A stretch of 47,945 nt of DNA from a virus (taxonomy: Duplodnaviria; Caudoviricetes). Positions within the stretch are counted from its first letter, which is position 1; every line of letters starts with the position of its first letter. The stretch covers positions 1-47,945 of IMG/VR virus record IMGVR_UViG_3300015370_000021; one strand, written 5' to 3'. Below, piece by piece: positions 17,090-27,100 of the stretch. The position numbers were made by a program, and so were the translations under genes. The notes under the pieces are model-generated. The model searched no databases, was not told the DNA's origin, and worked only from the letters and a program-made list of their open reading frames with translations.

Positions 17090-17574
17090 TAATAAACATC
17101 ACCAAATTGACCGGCGTGGATCTCCTGCGCAAGGCTTGCTCCTTTACGACACATGGGCAGATTGACTCTGTGGTGACGCTCGACAAGATCTACCGCTGCG
17201 AGCACTCACCCATGCGAACCCAGATCTTTTGGATCGAGATGCGGGGCATCCCCTCCTTCGTATCAACCCACTTGGTCAGACACAAGATAGGAGTTGAAAG
17301 TTTTGTCCAAACCATGCGCGACGACCGGGGCGCGAACGAGGTCGCCAACCGACTGACAGAAGTCAACCACGCCATGCTGATCAACGCGCAGGCCGTCATC
17401 AGCATGGCCAGAAAGCGGCTCTGTTTCAAAGCACATAAGGAAACTCGCCTCCTGATGGAGGCCATCAAGGAGATCATGGAGCGAGTAGATATGGATCTCG
17501 CCCTAGCCTTGGTTCCAGAGTGTGAATATCGCGGCGGTGTTTGTCATGAACTGAAATCCTGCGGGAGGTACTGA
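17086..17574 (+). CDS. ThyX-like (FAD-dependent thymidylate synthase family), short divergent form
   Basis: EHSPMR, VSTHLVRH, NAQA...MARKRLC...A.KETR motifs. Confidence 0.75.
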   Translation: MIINITKLTGVDLLRKACSFTTHGQIDSVVTLDKIYRCEHSPMRTQIFWIEMRGIPSFVSTHLVRHKIGVESFVQTMRDDRGANEVANRLTEVNHAMLINAQAVISMARKRLCFKAHKETRLLMEAIKEIMERVDMDLALALVPECEYRGGVCHELKSCGRY

Positions 17575-18002
17575 TGCCTCCCATCTGTATCATCTGCGGG
17601 CTCCCGATTGAAGGCCGGCAGTCACATGCAAAATACCACGGGGGCGCTTGCCAGCGCGAGGTCTGGCGCCGGGAGTCCGAGAGGAAGCGAAAGCTGAAGG
17701 GAAAGCCCCCGTGGAAAAAGAAGAGGCCATGCTCAGAGTGCGGCAAGGTGTTCATGCCAAAATCGCCCAGGCAGGGAACGTGTGGGGAAGAGGTGTGCAA
17801 GTACGCGAGAAAGAAGCGCCTGGAAAAGCTCCGCGCTGCGGGTGTCTACCAGAAAAACGAGGCCGTGAATGCTTTTGGCGAGGCCCTGATACCAGATCCC
17901 TGGGAGCCGCATCTCGAAGGCAATGTTTTGTGGCCCGGTCTGGACATGCTGCCGCCCGAGTGCCGGTCGTGGTATCAGGCTGAGATGATGCCTTTAATGT
18001 AA
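17574..18002 (+). CDS. Basic double zinc-finger protein
   Basis: CIICG...H...C and CSECGK.F.P....Q..C...C. Confidence 0.75.
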   Translation: MPPICIICGLPIEGRQSHAKYHGGACQREVWRRESERKRKLKGKPPWKKKRPCSECGKVFMPKSPRQGTCGEEVCKYARKKRLEKLRAAGVYQKNEAVNAFGEALIPDPWEPHLEGNVLWPGLDMLPPECRSWYQAEMMPLM

Positions 18003-18011
18003 GGAGGACAT

Positions 18012-18218
18012 ATGGTAGACGTACACTGCCCGAACTGCGAGCACGTTTGGGAAGATGTGGACCTGTTTGATGAGACGGATATAGAGACGGAGACTGACAA
18101 GTTCCGAGACAGGCTTGTCATCAAAGAGGATCTCTTGGCCAGGATGCGCGAAGAGCTGAAGGGCATTGTAGATGAGTGGGACCAAGACCCTTTTCACGCC
18201 TTGGTCATCAGGGTCTAG
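18012..18218 (+). CDS. Hypothetical protein
   Basis: AAGGAGG SD; CPNC. Confidence 0.75.
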   Translation: MVDVHCPNCEHVWEDVDLFDETDIETETDKFRDRLVIKEDLLARMREELKGIVDEWDQDPFHALVIRV

Positions 18219-18265
18219 GATAGGCCGGACATCCAGCGCATCCGCAGACTGGTGGAGGAATAGAG

Positions 18266-18300
18266 AAAAGCCCCGGGGGAAACCTCGGGGCTTTTTTTTT
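18266..18300. terminator. Bidirectional intrinsic terminator at the convergence of the two arms
   Basis: AAAAGCCCCGGGG-GAAA-CCTCGGGGCTTTTTTTTT. Confidence 0.9.
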
Positions 18301-18374
18301 GCGGTGGTGTCGGGCGGGTTGTGGAGCAGGTTGTCACCTCGCACCAGAGAATAGACTTGGCGAGGGTAGCTGTC

Positions 18375-18572
18375 TCACAGAAAACCAGTAAATAGCCAAC
18401 GATTTTGAGTAAATGAACGGGCCACGAGTCGCCCCGCAACCCGCCTTTCCCAATCACCTACAGCCTCTGTGTGGTCGATACGTATATCACTGACGAGCAA
18501 GTCTGATAATTTTGTGAGAAGTTCCTCTATGCGGTCGAACCACTTTCCTTCAGTGCATCCGTGCTCTACCAT
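18375..18572 (-). CDS. Possible small hypothetical protein or gene remnant
   Basis: 65-aa ORF with AAGGA upstream in AT-rich DNA downstream of the tailspike. Confidence 0.35.
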   Translation of the reverse strand: MVEHGCTEGKWFDRIEELLTKLSDLLVSDIRIDHTEAVGDWERRVAGRLVARSFTQNRWLFTGFL

Positions 18573-18614
18573 TTTTTTAATCCTTAGTGCTATTATGAAT
18601 AATTGGTAGATGCT

Positions 18615-21113
18615 TTATTCGTTCGCAGAGTAGGCAAGGCGCGGTTTTATCCGTGTCTTGTAAAGCCTGATCTGGTCGCCTGCTGCGGCTATGTTTGTTT
18701 TTAACTGCAACCGCATCGCCCCCGCCAACGCAAACAAATCCTTTGTTATAGTGATAGTTCCATCACTTCCAAGCCGCTCCACGGAATAGCTGACTCTTTT
18801 AGTTGTTGACTGATAATTATAAATGCATATCTTACCTTTGATTGTGTATGTGTTTGCTGCTGACGACGTAATAGTTGCAATTGTTTTTAACTCTGTTGCT
18901 TCAAAAAGCGTCACAGTTTTATTGCCGGCTGTCCCGATGAACTGCGCATCAACTTCAAACTCAAAAACGTCACCATGTGTCCAGCCCCAAGCATCCCACT
19001 GCGGAAGAAGCGCGTCAATCAGCGTTGTATCTCCTGTTGCCAGCACTAAGTTTTGATAGTCCTTCTCTACTGGCAACGTGACTGAATTGACCGCGTCTTC
19101 CTCAAACCGGGATATGTTTCTTACATTGTACTGCCACGGCTGTGCGTGTGTAGCCGGATCAACACTGTGCGCGATCAGTACCCCCTTGAGCTTGCAATCC
19201 GTAATGGAGAGATCAACAACTCCGTATGAAGAATATGGGGACGCACACCCCCAGAAAAGTGCGCCATTCGCCACAACATTTTTTATTACAGCGTGTGTGA
19301 ATCCCTGTAGGGTGCTTACATAAATCGCGGCAGCAGTTGGTGGCAGCATAGCTGTAACCCCATCCACGATAAACGACACCCCATTTATGGCTGCTTGTGT
19401 TCTAAATATATATGCGCAAGACGGGCATTTTATAGTGAGGTCTTTGAAAATATGGCTTTTGATCTCGTATCCACCCCCACCCATCGTAGCGAAGCTGCTG
19501 CAGCCAGCTATGTCCATATGCACATTCTTGAAAATATAGTTGTCTCCCGCAGTCCCGGAGACCCCGACAACGTAAACGTCTGTATTAGTAAGGCCGGGAG
19601 CTATGAGCGTTACCCCATCGAAATCGATTCTCTGCGCGTATTCGCCAGCTTCAAGCCACGCCATATTTGAGGTTGCAATCTCCGACGAATCGCACCGCGT
19701 GTTCTTGTAGCTTGACGCATACGATCCAGTTTTAATTTCGTACAGCCTGAACGTGCCTGTCGCTACATCCATGTTCTTGCATACAATGTTATCCCATGTC
19801 GTGTAGCAGTCTGCGTTCGCGCTGTGTACATGACAGGCTCCATTTATTGTGATGTCATATACCTTGCACCGGTAAAGCCCACTCGTACTTAAGAACTGTG
19901 CTTGTATGCCTGCGGGTGCGGTTGACACATCAATGTACAGATCGTGGAATGACGAGTTGGCGCACCAATAGTCTGGCCCATATCCTGCGGGCAATGCTCC
20001 TGTGAAATCGTTCTGCTTGGCGATCCGCATACCCGTCATGCTATCAAAAATGGGAGACTCCAAGGTAAGCACGCCAGTTGCAGTATTTACTGACAATACC
20101 TTGTTGAGGAGGCTGAACCGGGGCTGCCAATCACTATCAGTGGCCAGCCCCTCAGTTGCAGACGCAATCAGAACTAACTCACCAACGCCGAAAGACTCTG
20201 CATCCGCAACCGTGGGTAGTGTGACCGTTCTCCCTGGGCTGATATTGTTCAATGCCTTCCAGTTACGGAGGTAATAAGTTGCGCGATGCACCCCACTGAC
20301 ATAAAAAATATGCGCCGTATTTTCTGCGTTTTCGATCAGAAAAAGCTGTGACATAACACCCGCACCAAAATAGTCCACGTCGGAGTATGGGCGCAGGTTG
20401 GTACACCCATAGCGACCGGGAGGAAAATAGAGGCCAAGTTTATTTGCCGAGCAGTACGCAGAGGCGGAATTGATTGCTGTAGTGTCATTCGTCACGCCGT
20501 CCCCAACCGCCCCAAAGTCCTTGACGCTCACAATGTCGCGGCTCTTGTCCTGCACCGTCCTCGCTACAGCTACGGTGCCAGATTGCAAGAACCCAACGAG
20601 CGAAGACCCCTCGGGGCCCAATAGCGGGCCGACAAGATTGGCGGAAGCCTCGGCAACCAAGGCGGCTGACACTGCTGCGTCCCTCGCCCCAAAAACCTGA
20701 TTGACCACATTGGCAGGGTCCTCCCCACTGGCTACCCCGACCCGCACCGTGCGACTGATCTCCTCGAGGAGCTGCTGGCGCTCTGCGGTCGCGATGTCCA
20801 GCGCGGTCTCGATGACCTCTGGGTCAAACCGCGTACCGGACACGAGGTCCACGTCCTGCAGGAAGTCCAGGAACCTGCGGAGGGTGATCTTCCACCCGAG
20901 GGGCAGGGGGTCGCCAACGGTCGGATAGGTCACTGTGCCCCCACTCCCCGCCAGCTCCACGGTCCAGTCACCGACCACCGTGTTGGCCCCGGTGGGGCTC
21001 GTTATGGACACCTCGAGATCCCCTGCCTTCCAGACCTTGAAGGCAAAGGGGAATCCGGTCTGGACCCCGTCGCCGTTTAGGGTCGCTTTGGAAACACTGC
21101 TTGAAATGGTCAT
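18615..21113 (-). CDS. Tail fibre/tailspike with pectate-lyase-like beta-helix
   Basis: T7 gp17-like N-terminus (GDGVQTGFPFAF); SVKDFGAVGDGVTNDTTAIN...LYFPPGRY motif. Confidence 0.9.
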   Translation of the reverse strand: MTISSSVSKATLNGDGVQTGFPFAFKVWKAGDLEVSITSPTGANTVVGDWTVELAGSGGTVTYPTVGDPLPLGWKITLRRFLDFLQDVDLVSGTRFDPEVIETALDIATAERQQLLEEISRTVRVGVASGEDPANVVNQVFGARDAAVSAALVAEASANLVGPLLGPEGSSLVGFLQSGTVAVARTVQDKSRDIVSVKDFGAVGDGVTNDTTAINSASAYCSANKLGLYFPPGRYGCTNLRPYSDVDYFGAGVMSQLFLIENAENTAHIFYVSGVHRATYYLRNWKALNNISPGRTVTLPTVADAESFGVGELVLIASATEGLATDSDWQPRFSLLNKVLSVNTATGVLTLESPIFDSMTGMRIAKQNDFTGALPAGYGPDYWCANSSFHDLYIDVSTAPAGIQAQFLSTSGLYRCKVYDITINGACHVHSANADCYTTWDNIVCKNMDVATGTFRLYEIKTGSYASSYKNTRCDSSEIATSNMAWLEAGEYAQRIDFDGVTLIAPGLTNTDVYVVGVSGTAGDNYIFKNVHMDIAGCSSFATMGGGGYEIKSHIFKDLTIKCPSCAYIFRTQAAINGVSFIVDGVTAMLPPTAAAIYVSTLQGFTHAVIKNVVANGALFWGCASPYSSYGVVDLSITDCKLKGVLIAHSVDPATHAQPWQYNVRNISRFEEDAVNSVTLPVEKDYQNLVLATGDTTLIDALLPQWDAWGWTHGDVFEFEVDAQFIGTAGNKTVTLFEATELKTIATITSSAANTYTIKGKICIYNYQSTTKRVSYSVERLGSDGTITITKDLFALAGAMRLQLKTNIAAAGDQIRLYKTRIKPRLAYSANE

Positions 21114-21116
21114 CTA

Positions 21117-24100
21117 TTACCTCCGTGATTTGGGCTTGACAAAGAAGAGATCCCGGACCTCAAATTCCGGGTCCTCCCCGGTCATGTAGTCCCAGATGTT
21201 GCCTAGTGTAATGACCGGCTGTTTGAGGGGCAGCTGGAATATATAGCCGACCGCTTCGACGGTAGGCCGCACAGCCCGCTCCGGATCTTCCTCTTCCACG
21301 GCCTTGTAAACCTGTCGGCCCCATTTGACCAGAGCGCCGGGCGCTGATGCCGCGGGGGTCATCTGGTAATCGAACCCGCTTTCAATGGCACTGGCGATGT
21401 CCTTGACACCCACGATGGTCAGGAAGGGGTAGGTCGCGATCAGCCCCGCGCCCCAGCTCCACCACTCCTCATCATCGTCAGGCCCGCGCCCGGCGATCAG
21501 CTCGGCCATGATGGCCGGGAGGAACCAGAGCGCCATGGCGGAACCAGCGGCGGTCGGGATGTCGGACAGGCTCTTGGTCATGCTGACCCGGCGGTACGTC
21601 AGGCTGTAGAGCGCGCTGAAGTAGGAATAAAACATGGTGGCCAGACGCTGGAATTCACCTCCACGCTGGACCCGGGCCAAATCCTTGGTCGCACCGGAGC
21701 CCTGTGAGATCCTGACCACAGAGTCCGCGTAGGCCACGGCCTTGGCCTCGTCTCCCAGGTTCTCGGACAGGCCCTTCTGGTAGGCGCCCCACCACGTCGG
21801 CATATCGACTCCGAGCTGCATGTACCCGATGCCCTTGAAAGAGAATTCCTGCACGCCGCGCATGAAGCTGTCGGCAGTTGTCAGGCCTTTCATGGCATCG
21901 CGGACTTCGCGGTCGAAGCTCTTGATGCGGTTGTTCATGAACGTCGATTTGGTCGTGATCTCATCATAGACCTTGTGGATACGCAGGGAATTTCCGTACA
22001 CATGCTTGAGCCCCACGGTGGACCATTTGGGGCCGATGACGTCCAGCGTCTGGAAGATGCCTAAAGGCTGCGTGATCATGGTCGTGAACTTGAGCCCCAT
22101 CTGCATGATGGTCGTGCCCTTGCGCGCCCAGCGGGCTGCGCGGTGGAGCTGGTTCATGGGCTCCTGCCTCTCCTGGGCCACGTCCTGCAGCCAGGGCATG
22201 AACTCCCTGTAGGCCTCGGGGGACAGCGCGTCCTCGACCATCTTCCGGACCTTGGGCCGCTTCATGATCTTGGCCACTTCCACCACGGCCTTCCTGTGCG
22301 TCAGGTCGTGGACCGTGTTGTAGAGGTGGTCAGTGATGACGCCAAGGTCCAGGGACAAGGCCTGTTCTGCGCCTGTGGCAGCGCGCTCTTTCAGATGGTT
22401 GTGCTGGGTCATGGCGGCGCCGTAGTTGCGCCCGCCAAAGAGCTGCTTGTCCAGATCCTTCTGCTCCCTGCTGAACGCCGTGTAGTTCAGATCCGTGTCA
22501 TAGTCCGCCGGATAATACCCACCCTGGAGCACCCCGTGCATGGTTGTAAGAGGCGTCGGCATGATCCGCTCGGGCTCACGACCGGTCAGGTACTTCTGCA
22601 GGGCGAAGCTCTCGGGCCGGAAGGAATCAAAGTAGTCCCAAATGTCCTGCACGAATTTCCAGTCCTTGGCGGTGAGCAGCTCCTCTGTCTGGGTCATGCG
22701 CTGGAAGAGGGCGTCCAGGTCCCAATCCGGAAATCCCTGCTTCAAGCGCAGGATGTTGCCCTCGTTGCCCATGTTGAGCGCGATGGCCAGGATCTCGGAT
22801 TTGCGCAGGGAATCATTGATCTCGGGGATGAAAACCCGGTCGCCCATGCCTTTCTTCACGGGCGCGAACAACTGCTGCAGTTTGGCGTGAACGTCTTTTA
22901 GCCTTTCACTGCGCGCATTTTCCGCGTCGGCTATGGGCTTGAAGAACATGTTCCACCAGTGCCCCTGGCTCCAGTTGTCCAGATCGAGCAGCATCGCTTC
23001 CATCTTCGCGTGGAAGGCGTGCGTTCCTGAGATCATCTTGCGCAGCTTGCTCTTGCGCTTGGACCTCTGGGTGCTGGTCATCTTCCGCCCAGTGGTGGAC
23101 TGCTCGAGCAGGGCCTCCGCTGCCTCCAGTGCCAGGCGCTGGCCATTCACGAGGACGGTGCGCTCGTTGCGGTCCACGGTCCTGATCGTGTTGACAGCCT
23201 GGCGCACCGCATCGAACTGCTCGACGGTCAGATCCTGCAGCGGGACGTACCCGGCGTTCTGTAGGACGAAGGGGTCGAAGTACACGCCGAAATCATTCTC
23301 ACGCTCGGCCGCCCAGTCCGATAAAGTCGGACGCTCTTCACCCTTGGCCGCGAAGCTCTGCGTGTACGCGGCCCAGGCTTTGTCCTTCTTCTGCTTGTTG
23401 TAGGGCATGAGCCCGTACTGGATGCCCAGGCCCTGCAGGAGGTCCTTGGCGTCGGGGAGCATGCTCTTCTGCTTGGCGCCCTTCTTGATGGCCTTCTCCA
23501 GTTTCTGGATCTGACCCCGGAGCTTCATCGACTCCATGAATAGCGCATGGTTCAGCAGCTCCTCGCGTTTGGCCTTGAGCGCGTCTGCGGTCCTGCCGGC
23601 CTTCTTGGCATCGCGGGCACGAATTGCCGCGTTGCGCTCGGCGCGTGCGAACTTTTGGTATTTCGTGGCGCTGCTCAGAGGCATCGACCGTATCGTCTGC
23701 CGGGCCACTTCCCGGGCAGCGGCCGCGTCCAGAGCCCGGGCCCGGGCGCCCTGACGTTTGGACGACTGCTCGGCCAGGATGGTGAACTCGGCTACCAGCA
23801 GGGCCAGGCGGTCCTCATTGTGGTAGGCCTCGTCTGCCGCGACGACGGAGTCAGCATCAAGCATGCCGCGCAGGATGGTCTGCCTCTCTGCCTCGACGCG
23901 CTGGTCCACAGCATCCTTGAGGGCCTGCTGTTTGCTCGGCGCAGCGGCCATGTCGAGAAGCATCTCGCGCGCGCTGTCGTATCCGTTCTGTGCCGCGACC
24001 ACGTTGGGGTCGAGGTCACCGCCGACCTTCACCGCTTTCCACTTCTTGCTGATGGCCTTGCGGGTCTCCTCCCCTACCAGGTAATCGATCTCGGACAGCT

Positions 24101-27100
24101 CAAAGCCACCATTCCGGGCCGCCTCGATGGCGGTGTAGACCCGGCGGGCTTCCACCTCTGCTCGCAGTTCCTCGGCCAGGGCTTTGCGGCCGCCTTGCGA
24201 TTTGATGTAGGCCTCGGTCAGCCTGCGCAGCCTGGAGTCGAAAGAGGCTTCCTGCGCCTTGTCGCGCAGGCGCTTTAAGTCCGCGCGGTCTTTCTCGCTC
24301 ATCTGGTCGGCCTGGTCGAAGAACGGGCGCTGCGCGGCATAGAAGGCCTCGACCTCCTGCATCTCCTGCTCGGTCGCGAAGAGCCTGTCGAAGATGGGTT
24401 TGAGATCCGGATTGAACTCTGTGCCGCTGGCCGCAAAGATGTTTTCGACTTCCCGGTAGATGCCTTTTAGCCATTCGGCGTATTTGGCGAACAGACCGCG
24501 CAGGCCAAGGGATGGGGCCTCGCCCTTGGCGAAGTAGGCTTCCAGGTTTCGCGACCACTCCTCGTGGGCCTCGCGGCTGATCGGGCCATCGCTGGGCAGG
24601 CGCAGGGCTGCCTTGGTTTGTGACCACAGGTCGACCATGGCCTGGGGCGCGTCGGCCTTTAAAGCCATGTCGCGGATCATCTCGAGGTAGAGGTGCCCCG
24701 TCTCGTGCAGGAAGCTCGACTGATTGGCTTTCTCGAAAAGCTCGATCAAAGGCTTGCCGGACGCGGTCTTGAAGGTGAAAGCCGCCTGGGGTTCGCCTTG
24801 CTGCTGCAGGAATGCCTTGCTACCATAAGAATCAACATCCTTACCTTGCATCCTCGCAGAGTCGAGAGAACCAGCACCGTTTCGAAACAACGCATCCAAC
24901 GGGCGTGCTTTTATAGCGTTGGCCATCGCGGCAACATTTCGCCAAGCAGACAGCGCGGCCTCGTTTGGTAGAATGCCGACTATGCCCGTGGCATTGGTGC
25001 GGTGGAAGCTCTTCAGCACCTCGCCAAGTCGGTCGCCGCGCAGGCGAGACATCTCCGCGGGGTCCAACGGGAGAAAGCCAATAGGCACGTTGTTGTTTGA
25101 AAGAAGGATGATACCCGACTCGGCTCCACCTGTTATTATGCTGATGTTGCTTTTGATGTCTTCTGGGCTGCTGACTGGGCCAAGCCCCCGCACCTTGTCG
25201 GCCTTAACAAACAGCCGCTGAACAACAGGGACTTTTTTCTGTTTGCCTGGGGGTGGGTAGGGCTGGTTGTTGCCATACTCATCGCCGTAGCCGCTAGGGG
25301 TGACCGCGATAATGCCACCATAGGACAAACCAGAACCTTCGTTGATGGCCCTGGTATTTTCGGAAAGACCACGATCTGCGGAGGACAGCACAGCAGTTTC
25401 AGCAGGGTGATTGTGTACCAGATAAAAGCTCTTGGCGCCCTCTACGTCCTGGATGGCGCCGAGCAGGGCTCTGTTGTCAACTTGTGTGCTGTCTATGTTC
25501 CCTATGGAATGGGATAAGATGGCGAGCGGTTTCCCGTTCTTGTCGAGGACCAAAGCAGAAAGTTGTTCCTGTGGAGCGTCGGAAAGAAAAGACATTGCGA
25601 CAGCCGCTTGGCGCGGACTGACTACTGCGGCTGGGACGCTTCTTTTTTCTGTGGACCTGATTTCGACAAGTCGGGCACCGGGTAAGGGGCGCATTCCTCG
25701 TTCTTCGGGGTAAACACCTTCTCCTCCCCGGGCGGATACAGAATCTTCTCCTCGGTCTGCTTTTTCATAAACCACCTCTTTTTCCTTGACGATACCACCG
25801 GGGCCGGGTTTGTCAATACCCAGCTCGTTCTGGTTCAGCGTCTGGCTCTGCACCAGATCCACTGGCACGGCAGCGTGGTCGCCCAGGAGCACGACCACAC
25901 CCTTGGGTGCCTGGGCGCGGGGCACGAAGATGCCGTCGAAGCCAGCGTCGATAATGGAGGATTCAAGATTGTTGAAGGACACATTCGGGTCGGCCATCTT
26001 GTCCGCATACGCGGCGGCGGCGAGCCCAAGCGGGTCCTCGTCGACGTTGTACACGTTGTTCAGATTGACGGCGTGAATGTTCGAGCCGACGCCCGGCTCT
26101 GGGCGGATGCCTTCGCCGGTGTCAACATAGAAATGGATGCGCTGGGAGAGACGGGGGTCGGAAGAAAGGGCGAGGCGCCGGGCCTCAGACCCTTTTATTC
26201 CTGTTCCGTAGAAGTGTCCGGAGAGGGACTCGCGGGGTTCTCTGGAGTAGTGGATTCCAAGGACGGAGCTTCCTCCGGCCTTTTGTTCCCCGTAGCTTGC
26301 TCGAACCGGTCCCACATCGCTGACTCGTAGGACTTGTGGGTCTCTGCCTCGAAGGGAGGCAGGGAGCTGCTGGAAGGTTCTGCTGTCGGTGTCGAGGGCT
26401 TCTCGGAGGAGCCTGGTCGCTTCGCTCCGAAGATTATCCGCCCGCCCTTCAGCGGATGGTCGTCCGGAAACGGCTTGTGTCCTAGATACGCCATAATCGT
26501 ACTCCTTTTTGTCTATGAAAGCAGAGAAGGCATCGCCAGAAGTGATGTCGAATTCTCCGCCCAGGTGTTCATTTATTAACCTGGCGAGAACCCCCGTGTC
26601 AAGGTTCGAGAAGTTCAAAACGACCATCTGGCCGTTGGCCGTGGTGTGCCCGCCGACCAATTTCTCGCCGTCCTGCTCCAGCTCCCAGAGCTTGTCATAG
26701 AGGGCTTCCACTTCCTTCGCGCCAAAGCCCTCGGGAAGATTTATGGTCACCGCGCCCACAGGCTGCGTGCCCACGACCTGCGTGTCGGACACGACCATCA
26801 TGCTGTCCTGGGACAGGGCGAAACCCAGCGTCTTGGCTGCCGTCACCAGCAGCTCGGGGCGATCCAGGAGAAGAGCCATGGGGGGATTTGTCGCGCCCAT
26901 GTACCCGCCGAGCTGCATATCAAAGGCGCCGGATACGCCAAGCTCCTTGAGGACCTGGGGCACGATGGCGGCCGCCACCTTCTGGCTGATATCCTGCTTC
27001 ATGTCCTGCGGCAGTGCGTCCCATTCGGAGGTGAGCTGCGCGTCATTCGGGTCTGGAGCCACCTCGAAGAAGACACGCGTCTGTGTGGAAGGCGTGGCGC

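Noticed and set aside
1210-17574. Hypermodified-base pathway (MazG-like, ThyX-like, PolA)
   Set aside because: No PurZ, Que/Dpd, dCMP hydroxymethylase or glycosyltransferase was recognised.
18615-21113. Diversity-generating retroelement, suggested by the BPP-1-like head genes
   Set aside because: No reverse transcriptase and no TR/VR repeat pair were seen.
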